From the NCBI GenBank assembly GCA_963729895.1, contig CAVSQB010000035.1, forward strand, positions 1 to 61,802: a DNA stretch of 61,802 nucleotides, given 5' to 3'. This document shows positions 52,666 to 61,802 of this stretch, piece after piece. A model generated the notes under the pieces. It did not search any database. It was not told the DNA's origin and worked only from the letters and a program-made list of their open reading frames with translations. The position numbers and the translations under genes are program-made. Within the stretch, counting starts at the first letter, position 1. Each line of letters begins with the position of its first letter. The DNA is from an uncultured Fibrobacterota bacterium (GTDB taxonomy: Bacteria; Fibrobacterota; Chitinivibrionia; Chitinivibrionales; FEN-1185).

Positions 52666-53685
52666 TTAATCTTGAAACAGCGTTTCCCAGCTATTTGATG
52701 CAAGATCCTCGTGAAGGCAAATCGAAAGTTCTATGGTCAATACATTGTAGATTATTTGGCTAGTATTAGCGTCATGTGGGTCTGAGCTGCCGTGAGCGAT
52801 GCCGTTTCGCATCCTAGCGAGTTTGGGCACAAAACCCTCACACAGGTCATTGAATGATCGAAAGCGATCATTCCCTTTGGACATGTCGAGATACTTTAGA
52901 ACAGGGCCTAATTTGTTCATCACCGACGCTTGTCTGGTTGCGAAGGATCGCACATCCTCAACAAAGAGCGGACCACTCTTGTCGCCGTCTAACACCCTTC
53001 TGAATATCAAGTCATCGTGAAGATATGATACAAAGGATTCAAGTGAAATGAAACTGAAGAGAACTGCTGATCTTTCGTCATTGTATTTCGCATATAGTGC
53101 CGCGTCGACAATGCAGCGAAGCCATAAGGGTAGCGAGCTATCTTTTCTGATTCCTTTTACGTACATTTTGGCCGCCAAACCGCGGCCCTCGGCAATCTCA
53201 TAATCGATATGGTCGCCCTTCAAGTATCCCTTGAGCATGATCGAGCTTTCAAAGGAGTTAACCTGAAGTATTTCGAGAACTATTTCGCTATCATTAACCG
53301 AAGAAGACAATTCGCGTCCTTCAAAGATCCCGAATTCAATGAGTGAAGCTTCAAGGATACGACAATAGTGTGGTACATCTGCTCTTGCCATGATTGTCAG
53401 TTTATTGGAACTGCGATAGTCGTCGTCGGCGCAATCAGTTTCAATTCTATAAGTTTTCGTATTCGCATCGAGATTCGGAAATAAGCCACATAAGAATTCG
53501 ACGGGGTCTTTATTCAACAAGGCCAGAATGATTTTGTGGTGGTCATTTTCAGATTGCATCTCAAGGTGCTTGGAAAGCAACGATGCTAGGTGGAGTATGG
53601 GGTTGCAGCCTAATGTATTGCGTAAAAGGAAAGTGGCAATGTTGTCTGACATGGGTTTAGAACCAAGCATATTTGGTTTCACCAA
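52666..53685 (-). CDS. Hypothetical protein with C-terminal HEPN-like motif
   Basis: A.L.SF.SLE helix followed by RNGIAHG (Rx4H). Confidence 0.6.
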   Translation of the reverse strand: MVKPNMLGSKPMSDNIATFLLRNTLGCNPILHLASLLSKHLEMQSENDHHKIILALLNKDPVEFLCGLFPNLDANTKTYRIETDCADDDYRSSNKLTIMARADVPHYCRILEASLIEFGIFEGRELSSSVNDSEIVLEILQVNSFESSIMLKGYLKGDHIDYEIAEGRGLAAKMYVKGIRKDSSLPLWLRCIVDAALYAKYNDERSAVLFSFISLESFVSYLHDDLIFRRVLDGDKSGPLFVEDVRSFATRQASVMNKLGPVLKYLDMSKGNDRFRSFNDLCEGFVPKLARMRNGIAHGSSDPHDANTSQIIYNVLTIELSICLHEDLASNSWETLFQD

Positions 53686-55735
53686 TCTTATCTATTAGTG
53701 TCTGCAAATTGGAATTTCATTACATTTTACTTCTTCTTCGCACGCTCCCCATTCTTTTGTTTTGGAACCGGCCTTCGATGCGCCCAATTTCAAACACGGT
53801 TTGCGCGTTATTCTACGCCCCCGGCCTCTCACCTTGCAATAAAATCTTTCACAAGCAACATTTCCTGGCCCTTCCCAGTAATCACGAAACTGTTGCCAAC
53901 CAGAAAACGTCCTCGCGCCAACCCTTTATTATCTATCCCGCCAACCCAAAATGCAACGAAATCGATTTCGCCCCCTCTAAGCGGCGCTAATTCAACATGA
54001 TAGGTCCCAGTCCTTCGTTCGCTACCGCTCTTTTGCATTGTTCTTGTCCCTTAATCAACTATAGTTCCGGTATGTTCGGTCAACGGCGAAATTCACGTGA
54101 ATTTCGCCCTTTCGGTCATTCCAGGGCATTGGGACCGTACAAATAATGGCTGTGCACCTGATACTCAGCTCGTTTGGAGAATCCTGCAGGCTGCAAGGGC
54201 TGAGCATCCGAACACCAAGGATTCCATCCTGATCTCCTACAACCTTTTTGAAGACGAAGTGGAATCCGGTGAGATCACAGAACCCGTCGAACAACTTCCC
54301 GGGCTGGATTGATGGAAAGAAGCGTCCGTCCGGCCGCCGCGGCAGGCCGCTGACACGATTTCCGTCATGAACCCGCGCGGGGCCGGCCACTGGCCCGGCA
54401 ATGCTTCGTCCAACCTGATACAGCGAGCGACACGGAGGGTGGGACGGGGCAGTGAAAAGCTGGCCTACCCATAATGATGAAAATACAGGCAAGCCATTGG
54501 CAGTAACCCTTGAACCGGCTTTTTACCGACTCCAAAACGGCTTGCCGCCAGTTGCCGTTGAATGGGTAGCGGAAGTGCAGTTGGAACAAAAACTGGCCGC
54601 GCCCTGCACGGACCGAATTCCCGCTCTCAAGCTTGCCGACCGGCGCCGTGTCCGGCATACGGGCCGGACCGCGGGCGCGATACCTCCACCCTACAGATTG
54701 TGTGCAAATCTCCGTTGTGAGAAGTCTATTGGAAGAATATAATTGACATGAGAGAATCCGAGCGCGCAGGACACCTTAAAAGCCACAATCGACATGTTCC
54801 CCGACCATCCAATACCGTATCACCGAGGCCTCGATTCTACCCCCGTTTCCATTCGCCTGGTGCAATGCCTTGGAAAATCTTCCGTGGAGGAAGTCCGTAC
54901 GGATGATTCAGCCCAACCCTACTCTATTAGACATCCTCCATGTAAAACGTGGGCAGGAAACGATTGGGGCAATCACCTAGGCGACAGCAGACATCAAACA
55001 CGCCGTCACCTGAAACAATGCAGTGCCTCGCCGAGCTGTCTGACACTGAGCATGCGACGGCATAGCAATCATCGAAAAACCCATCGACAATTACGATCCA
55101 GTAAAAAATCGCGCTGGCCATAGATGCCGACTTCGTGATGATGGGACTATACGGCTTGCCGCCGATAGGCAACACGGCCAGACGATGACCGCCCACATAC
55201 GGAGAGTCTTCGAGCACGGTGTGGATGAGCCGGACAAGGTGCGCCCGCCAACGGTTGCACGTTGTTCGCGCGCGCATAACAGTAATGTCCGGGAAACCCC
55301 TGATTGCCACTGCTGGCTGGGCACACAACAACCGCGCTCTCTGAATACATTGCTGCCGACGACAGCGCCATGATTCCGCGCGCGGCCCACCGCTGAAACG
55401 GTGGCTCGAATCGCCGCTCGCCCGGATTAGCCCGGGACATGGCGGCAGGGTGCGGCATCGCTCACGTGCTGGCTGGCGGCTTGCGGACCAGTTCCTCGTA
55501 TGGCGCAGACATGCATTCCCCTGAATTATTCTTCGGTGGTTGATCCGGCGGCTCGCATGTTTCCCCATTGATTGAACCCTAAAGTTCCCCTCACTGTTTT
55601 TGAAAAAAAACCAAACATTCTTTCGGGGATGGTCGCCGTATTGGAGTACTATATATAGGCCCCGGATGTTTAGTCCGACGCCGCCACATCACATCGAAAT
55701 GGTAACGCATATCAATCCAAAACGGAGGTAGCGTC

Positions 55736-56068
55736 ATGAGTGAAAAAATCAACATCGACCTAATCAAAAAAGTTTTCGCCGACGCGGGCGCAGAATTCTC
55801 AGGGGAGGCGGATTATCCTCATTATGTGGGTGACGACGCCCCAACGCTTGACACAGCTATCCCCGTGAACTCGCGCGTATACACCTGGCGGTTCGGGTCT
55901 CGGCAAGTTGAAATTATCGCATACGACACATTGGCCAGGGAATGTGCATGGGGGTGTCGGGTTTACGAAGATGACAAAACGTTGTTATCAGAGACTGAGT
56001 TGACCAGCACTATGCAGGTGATTGCACATGTTTGGCCCCAGGTTGCCACATGTCCGCCAAGCGCCTGA
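55736..56068 (+). CDS. Hypothetical protein
   Basis: GGAGG RBS; 110-aa ORF. Confidence 0.55.
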   Translation: MSEKINIDLIKKVFADAGAEFSGEADYPHYVGDDAPTLDTAIPVNSRVYTWRFGSRQVEIIAYDTLARECAWGCRVYEDDKTLLSETELTSTMQVIAHVWPQVATCPPSA

Positions 56069-56318
56069 TCTTCCACGCCGATAAGAGAAGAAGTTCGCCG
56101 GCCAGGAGTGGGCGGCACGCGCAATGCACTGCCTTCGGGCATGACGATGCGGCCGCCTATTCATCCCCTGTCGAGCCACTGATCTTGCCGGAGTTATTCA
56201 GGCTTTCCCATCCGCCGAAATGGAATCCTCCTTACTTCAACTTTTAAACTTTTCTCTACTGCTTCCCACGTCTTTTCTGGGTCCTGTTCCTTGAAATAAG
56301 TATAACGCGTTTCTTATT

Positions 56319-58307
56319 CTAAAACATCCCGGAAAGATCAAACCCTTCCGCAGCTCCAAGACCTTGGACCTCAAGCGGCGGCACCCCACCTTTTTTTGAG
56401 CCTATTTCAATATCCTGTGGCAAGAGGTCATAAATCTGTTGGTAATTTGTAATCGCATTAGATGGGCCAAGGTCTACTACCATTGATGCGCCCTCGTTCG
56501 GAAATTTTATATCGATCGTCTTGTTAGTACTGTTTGGATCAATTTCAGCAACAACAGCAGTGTCTTTGAAGTAATCCAGGACTTCCTTAGCTTCCGATGT
56601 TTCGCCGTTGTCCAGATCCCCCATGCTCACCTGTGAGAAAATCAAGCCATGCCGTCGGCATTGCAGCTCATCAGCATATGGGCATGAGTCACATTTCACT
56701 GATCGAATAACACCGGAATTCGAGAAGGCGTAATGGTCTGTCGTGCAGGTGTCAAGCGACTCCGCATGAACAGTCTTTGTCGTCGCCATCGCATCACAGA
56801 TAATCTGGTCGGCATCAGCCCGAACTTTGCTTAATTCTTTTCGTATTTGGGTAACCGTTGCGGTTTTCGCCAGAGCGCCAACGGCCCATAAAACGGCATT
56901 CTCCCTAATGGCAAAGTTCTGCGCGGACAAGACCAGAGCATTGGGTTTCCCTGATTCCGATGCTGATTCTGTGATCCTGTTTTTCTTTTCTCCATTATAT
57001 GAAAGCCGGACAGCCTCATTAAGGCGCTTACCGGCATCTCTGTTGTCTTTCAATTCCTGGGCCTGCCTTGAACTCAATCTGCCTTCTACCCTCAATTCAT
57101 CTATTGCCTGGTTGACGTCTGCATCCCTGACTCCGTCTTCCAGGATTCGAGCTCCAATGAGCGAGCAGGAATGTGTAAGGTTCTTTCGGCGCTGGCAATC
57201 GACACACTGATTTATTGGAAGAACTGCCGCGACCCTAATTCCGTTCTCATGCAAGAACTGCCGACATTTCTCGCAATTCCCGCCATAAAGCGCCGGCACG
57301 GCGGCCATATGTGTCAACAACAGTTCTGAACTGGCGTTCCTGTGCAAAAAATCGATGGCAGATTTAATCCTCATCTTGTCCGGAAATTTCCTTTCTACCT
57401 CTTTCCTGACAATTTCGAGGTCTGTACCCTTCAAAAGTAGCTCTCCTATGGCCCGGGCGATTGGAAGGATTTCCCGTGCGTTAATGGTCTCACCAATCGT
57501 GGCATTATCCTTCTCCTTCTGAGATCCGACCTTCCTCAGGATATCATCTTGAGCTCGAGCGTCCATTTTGGGAGGTGCTGCCTCCACGACGGGTGAGGCA
57601 TGCGGATACACACGATCCCCTATTTCTGATTTGGGGGGCGACATTGCCCGTTTCAGATCATCCCAGTCTGCAATCCTGGCGTCGGACAGGATGCGACCCG
57701 ATTCCATCAGATGTCGGCTGGCTTCTCTCAATTCCTCTTTTGTTGCTGGGACATTGGCGATAAGCTTTTTTCCACTCTCCGGGCAGAACCCATAGCGTGA
57801 ATTGCAAAGCTCGCACCCTGGTGCCATCACAACCCAGAGGGCCTGACGAGCCACAGATTTCTGCGAGGCATGCCGAATGTCAACACATTTCCCCGTGGCA
57901 TTTCTGTCGAGGTATAATTGGCCATGAAGCGGCCTCTCGGCGAGGATAGATGAAGCCTCAGCATGGCTTAACACGCCCTCATCAGCGAATCTTTCAAGGT
58001 ATTGCTCCACCTTCAGGCCTGACTCATTTTGCATATTCATCCACCTTGCTGATTGGATCACCTCGTCTTTTTGTTTTTGGATATCAGCCGGTTCCTTCTT
58101 GGGCCCTTGTGCGCTGGTTCGATATTCCGAATTAAAAATCAGGGTTGTCTTGCCCTCACACTTGTCGGATAAGCTAGCAGCAAGAACCCGATCAAGATCG
58201 GTTGTCTCCTGAGCAATGTCATCAATTCCTATTTTCAAATAGTGCGGATTGCCTCCAACAACATCTGCCGGCAAATCACCCAGCCCATCGGAAAGTCTGT
58301 CGATCAT
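56319..58307 (-). CDS. Large Cys-rich hypothetical protein, phage-like
   Basis: 662-aa ORF with GAGGAG RBS; several CxxC...C clusters; acidic tail. Confidence 0.65.
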   Translation of the reverse strand: MIDRLSDGLGDLPADVVGGNPHYLKIGIDDIAQETTDLDRVLAASLSDKCEGKTTLIFNSEYRTSAQGPKKEPADIQKQKDEVIQSARWMNMQNESGLKVEQYLERFADEGVLSHAEASSILAERPLHGQLYLDRNATGKCVDIRHASQKSVARQALWVVMAPGCELCNSRYGFCPESGKKLIANVPATKEELREASRHLMESGRILSDARIADWDDLKRAMSPPKSEIGDRVYPHASPVVEAAPPKMDARAQDDILRKVGSQKEKDNATIGETINAREILPIARAIGELLLKGTDLEIVRKEVERKFPDKMRIKSAIDFLHRNASSELLLTHMAAVPALYGGNCEKCRQFLHENGIRVAAVLPINQCVDCQRRKNLTHSCSLIGARILEDGVRDADVNQAIDELRVEGRLSSRQAQELKDNRDAGKRLNEAVRLSYNGEKKNRITESASESGKPNALVLSAQNFAIRENAVLWAVGALAKTATVTQIRKELSKVRADADQIICDAMATTKTVHAESLDTCTTDHYAFSNSGVIRSVKCDSCPYADELQCRRHGLIFSQVSMGDLDNGETSEAKEVLDYFKDTAVVAEIDPNSTNKTIDIKFPNEGASMVVDLGPSNAITNYQQIYDLLPQDIEIGSKKGGVPPLEVQGLGAAEGFDLSGMF

Positions 58308-58667
58308 ATGTTTGCTCCTCTCATTCTTGATTATAAAGGCCGATTATACCTCTATATGGAGTATTGATAGATAATTGGAACGAGAGAGCAGAGCCTATTC
58401 TGGAATGTAAAGGTGGTATGTTCTTGGTAAAATTGTAGTTACAGGGCTGGATTATGCTTCCGATATCTAATCTATTCCGGATTTTCTCTGCATCTGCCGT
58501 GCTGCCCTGCCTTGCGATCCCGAGTTTTTTCCCCGGTCGCCTCATTGGTCTTGAAGTTTGAAAATCTCTTCTTTATGTTATTCCCGATTTGGAATATTAT
58601 AGAATAATAGGTCCGCAGATTTTTTTGGCGGCAGAACCCAATGGCTCGATGTCGAGGAGGCGGTAGA

Positions 58668-59165
58668 ATGAACAGATATGACATAGCCCTAGGCAAAGAA
58701 GTCAAAGATGAGCCCGGAGAATGGTTTCTAAATGGTGAAATCGTGGATGACGGGGCAAAGCGCTGGTATCTGAATGGGCTCCTGCACCGAACGAACGGTC
58801 CGGCCGTGGAATGGGACGACGGAGATGAATATTGGTACCAGGATGGTCAACTGCACAGGCTGGATGGCCCGGCCGTAGTGACCGATGAATCACTACAATG
58901 GTTTCGGGAAGGGCTGCGCCACAGAATTGATGGCCCAGCAATTGAATGTATGAGCGGGACAAAGGAATGGTATTTGAACGGCCGGCTTCACAGGACTGAC
59001 GGCCCGGCTATAGAACATGCAAATGGGCCTCGGGAATGGTATCTGAATGGCCGACGATTGACAAAAGCAAAGTACGACGAATACTTGGGACAAATGCCTG
59101 AAATCAAGACCGAGGAATTATGTGAACCTTGGGCACTAATAGATATCGGGGAACGGACTTCTTAA
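58668..59165 (+). CDS. LHRxDGPA-repeat (MORN-variant-like) protein, typical of phages
   Basis: About 4.5 repeats of WY.NG.LHR.DGPA.E...G; GAGGAGG RBS. Confidence 0.8.
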   Translation: MNRYDIALGKEVKDEPGEWFLNGEIVDDGAKRWYLNGLLHRTNGPAVEWDDGDEYWYQDGQLHRLDGPAVVTDESLQWFREGLRHRIDGPAIECMSGTKEWYLNGRLHRTDGPAIEHANGPREWYLNGRRLTKAKYDEYLGQMPEIKTEELCEPWALIDIGERTS

Positions 59166-59429
59166 GCCCCTTCTTGGCCAAGCCCTAACTGTCCTACATC
59201 ATTTTTCTTATCAGCAAACGTTGAGCCTCAGTTTGCGGCCCCGGGTAAACGCTGGCGGTGGAGCGGTAGGTTACCGTGAGAACAGAATGCATTTCTCGCT
59301 TCGTGAGGCATAATCGCCGACATTTCTTCCCGTAAACGTCATTTTGACGACATACGCTCCGGGAGATTGCGGGCCGGCATTCCAGTCTATCGACTGCAGT
59401 ACGGCGCCGATGCACGCGTCATGGAAACG

Positions 59430-59801
59430 CTAGACGACGCGGCCGGCACGCGTTATGATGTTCACCTCGACACCGCTATTATCAAACGGCGCCGAATACT
59501 CGATTCGGGCGCCATTCCGCAATGACAATACTCTGAATCTGTAGGCGTCCCCAATATCGGATGGGTTCTCGGGGGATGAAACACTGGCAGCAGCCATCGG
59601 TTGGGTCGGACGAACCGCTGTCAACGCGATTTGGCCCTTGCGCATCCTGCCTCCGTCTCCGGTAAGGCGCAGGTAATAATCGGACGAACACGCAGTGCCG
59701 TCCTCATCGCTCAAACCGATAAACGTGGTACCGGCGGGTATGGCCGTCGCGTCCGGGGCCGTCTTGGCAATTTGATTTCCTTCATTGAATTCATCGAACA
59801 T
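59430..59801 (-). CDS. Hypothetical protein (possibly a fragment)
   Basis: 123-aa ORF; no recognisable motif. Confidence 0.35.
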   Translation of the reverse strand: MFDEFNEGNQIAKTAPDATAIPAGTTFIGLSDEDGTACSSDYYLRLTGDGGRMRKGQIALTAVRPTQPMAAASVSSPENPSDIGDAYRFRVLSLRNGARIEYSAPFDNSGVEVNIITRAGRVV

Positions 59802-59996
59802 GGATATGTAGATGCCCTGACAACCAGCCCGAACCGCGTGTACTCCACCAGGTGCTGCATGTCGGCGTTAGCTTCTAAGGGGTCGAAGATAAGGCGCTCG
59901 CAGATTCATGAAGTTATTGCGGGGTGTACAAAGGAGAAATCCCGAGTTGGATAACCAGGGTCCTTATATGGACATTTCTTTTGGGCCACGTCGACA

Positions 59997-60227
59997 TTAT
60001 TCTTTGGGCCTTTTGTCCAGATAAGTTTTCACAACAAGTATGCTGCCGATAACTAGCAGAAGGATGCCTAAGCCATTTGTTGACTGTTGCGCAGGTTCGC
60101 TTATGCCAGAACCCCACACGGGATTATTATCGAGATCAAAAAGCAAGCCGATATAGTTGTTAAAAATAAAGCAGAGGCATCCAGCTGCCATCAATCCATA
60201 TCCAATCTTATCAAGATACTTTTTCAT
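59997..60227 (-). CDS. Small two-TM membrane protein
   Basis: Two hydrophobic segments; AGGTGG RBS. Confidence 0.55.
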   Translation of the reverse strand: MKKYLDKIGYGLMAAGCLCFIFNNYIGLLFDLDNNPVWGSGISEPAQQSTNGLGILLLVIGSILVVKTYLDKRPKE

Positions 60228-60291
60228 CGAGAGCCACCTTTTTAAGTAGGGAACATTTATTCGGGATATTGCAGGCCTTCTTCCTAGACTA

Positions 60292-60576
60292 TTACGCAAT
60301 CATGCCTTTGGATTGCAGAATCTTTTGGGACTCTTCATCCACTGGCTCGTATCCCTTACTCAGCAGGCCTTTTATATAAAGTTTGTTATAGATAAATGGG
60401 AATGCGAGCCACGAAATACCGAAGGTAACTATCGCAAGAACGATCTCGATAATGCACCACTTCCAATCCTCGCGGAACAATGTCGGAAGGAACCCGAAGA
60501 AGAGTGTCGTCCATGAAAAGCCGACCTTTGCTTGACGGGTGAGTCCTGTTTGTTTGTTTTTTAGAGTTACTTGCAT
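60292..60576 (-). CDS. DUF2628/HrgC-like small membrane protein
   Basis: KVGFSWTTLFFG..P.LFR.DW...YNKLYI..LL.KGY; GGAGG RBS. Confidence 0.8.
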   Translation of the reverse strand: MQVTLKNKQTGLTRQAKVGFSWTTLFFGFLPTLFREDWKWCIIEIVLAIVTFGISWLAFPFIYNKLYIKGLLSKGYEPVDEESQKILQSKGMIA

Positions 60577-60676
60577 CTAAGCCTCCGAATGATTAAGAGC
60601 GTCTTGTACTAAAATTCTATAGGACTCTTCCATGCGAAAGGAACCTTATGATTGCTTTGCTCAAGGCTTTTCTTGC

Positions 60677-60991
60677 CTATTGCCCCAAAAGTTGTCGCCC
60701 ATGTTCCATGGTGCTCTTGCCTTCCGAACTCTTACATATCTGTTCTGCTTGATCTCGGCTCATTCCGCCCGCCACAAGCCCGCTAATGCATTCTTCCAAA
60801 TCGCTCCCGGAATACCCCTGGGATTCTGCCGATTTGGGCGATGGTGCCGGTGACGAAGCAGGGGGGTGGGAAACCTGGATTTGGGTATTGTTTTCTGGTA
60901 GAAAATCCGTTCTAGCACCTTTTTTCTGCTCGCACCCAGTCAACGCCACTACCAGTATTGAAAACAATAGGAATTTCTTGACAAGGAACAT
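60677..60991 (-). CDS. Small lipoprotein
   Basis: Lipobox LTGC, Pro/Ser linker, C-terminal C..C helical hairpin. Confidence 0.65.
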   Translation of the reverse strand: MFLVKKFLLFSILVVALTGCEQKKGARTDFLPENNTQIQVSHPPASSPAPSPKSAESQGYSGSDLEECISGLVAGGMSRDQAEQICKSSEGKSTMEHGRQLLGQ

Positions 60992-61049
60992 AAAGCCCCA
61001 TTTTGCTACGGAGAACGGGTAAATTTACTTTTTCGTATTCTTTGTATCG

Positions 61050-61523
61050 TTAATACGAAGACAATTCTATCAACTTTGCATTGAAATCCGTCAGGCGTCC
61101 TCTGCCTGTAATCTTAAAAACAGCAGAACGACATTCAAATTGTTTTAAATTTCGAACATCTGTCCTAAGTTCTTTGCCAAAGTACATTGTGAAAAAGGCA
61201 CCCTCCGTAACATTGTTATCACGATCGCAGGGTGCAGCTCTAAAATGATTCTCTTCTGCTCCAGAATAGTCCATCAAGATTTTTAATTTTGCAGTCTTAC
61301 CAATTGCCTTAGCTCCGTCCATCTTTATATCCCGAGCATCCGTATAATCGTATTTGGGACCCGCCGCACTTGGTGCCGGTGGCGGAGGAGGCGTTTGGGC
61401 GATCTGACTTTGGGCATCCTTTGCTGGCGAATTCGATTCGGCTCTTGTTTCCTTTTTCTGTTGACATCCAGCTACTACTGCTACCATCACAGCTAGACAA
61501 AGCAATTTCCTGATAGAGAACAT
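61050..61523 (-). CDS. Lipoprotein
   Basis: Lipobox VAGC, poly-Pro linker; AGGAGG RBS. Confidence 0.7.
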   Translation of the reverse strand: MFSIRKLLCLAVMVAVVAGCQQKKETRAESNSPAKDAQSQIAQTPPPPPAPSAAGPKYDYTDARDIKMDGAKAIGKTAKLKILMDYSGAEENHFRAAPCDRDNNVTEGAFFTMYFGKELRTDVRNLKQFECRSAVFKITGRGRLTDFNAKLIELSSY

Positions 61524-61802
61524 ACACCACCTCCTGTTTTGATAAATGTTGGATTTGTGGCTAAGAATCGGCTAATTTATTCGCCCGAACTTCTTGCAAT
61601 ATCTTCTGTTAATATCGTCTCAAATGAGTCATCGTGATTAACGCCTTTTTCAGGGGCATCGTCCTTCAACTTGTCAAGGTTTATCCAGATTCCGCTTCCT
61701 CATAGTGAGGATTTCCAATAGCGCATCGGGCGATTAGAGCTGCCGTGATCAACTACTTTTAGTCCTGCAAGGGAGACCCCTAAGGATTTCGCCTGCTCAT
61801 TT

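Noticed and set aside
54927..55568. 213-aa minus-strand ORF
   Set aside because: No recognisable motif, atypical composition and several competing frames; it cannot be supported as a gene.
58760..59060. DNA repeats with ~66-69 bp period as a CRISPR-like array
   Set aside because: They are degenerate in-frame coding repeats; no CRISPR array or cas gene was seen in the window.
61577..61802. Possible HTH repressor at the window edge
   Set aside because: The minus-strand frame has an internal stop and only vague HTH resemblance; it is truncated by the window.

Overview
Bacterial genomic window, most likely from an anaerobic Fibrobacterota (Chitinispirillia/Chitinivibrionia-like) organism; this is inferred from a TIGR02171-like lipoprotein and T9SS-type C-terminal domains. 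Layout: (i) 1-2 kb, three stacked IS elements. (ii) 2-28.7 kb, housekeeping and envelope genes (glycosyltransferases, rsmE, ferredoxins, PorZ-like protein, radical SAM, pabB-pabC fusion, RlmD-like methyltransferase, folK, ndk). (iii) 28.7-42.7 kb, two diverged direct copies of a secreted GH2 gene bracketing an ArsR-headed arsenic operon that contains the mercury-methylation genes hgcA-hgcB, two CMD/AhpD-like proteins and a CcdA-like/Cys-tailed membrane pair. (iv) 42.7-53.7 kb, an AT-richer defence island with R-M remnants, RES, HNH, a Vsr-like nuclease, a HEPN-motif protein and a catalytically inactive long prokaryotic Argonaute. The Argonaute is split by an IS3 element (TAG target duplication). 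Removing the IS restores a 763-aa protein whose stop overlaps the start of a 313-aa two-TM candidate effector. (v) 53.7-61.8 kb, a phage-like, partly decayed region with a large Cys-rich protein, an LHRxDGPA-repeat protein and small membrane proteins/lipoproteins. All calls come from reading the sequence and recognising motifs; no database searches were run.
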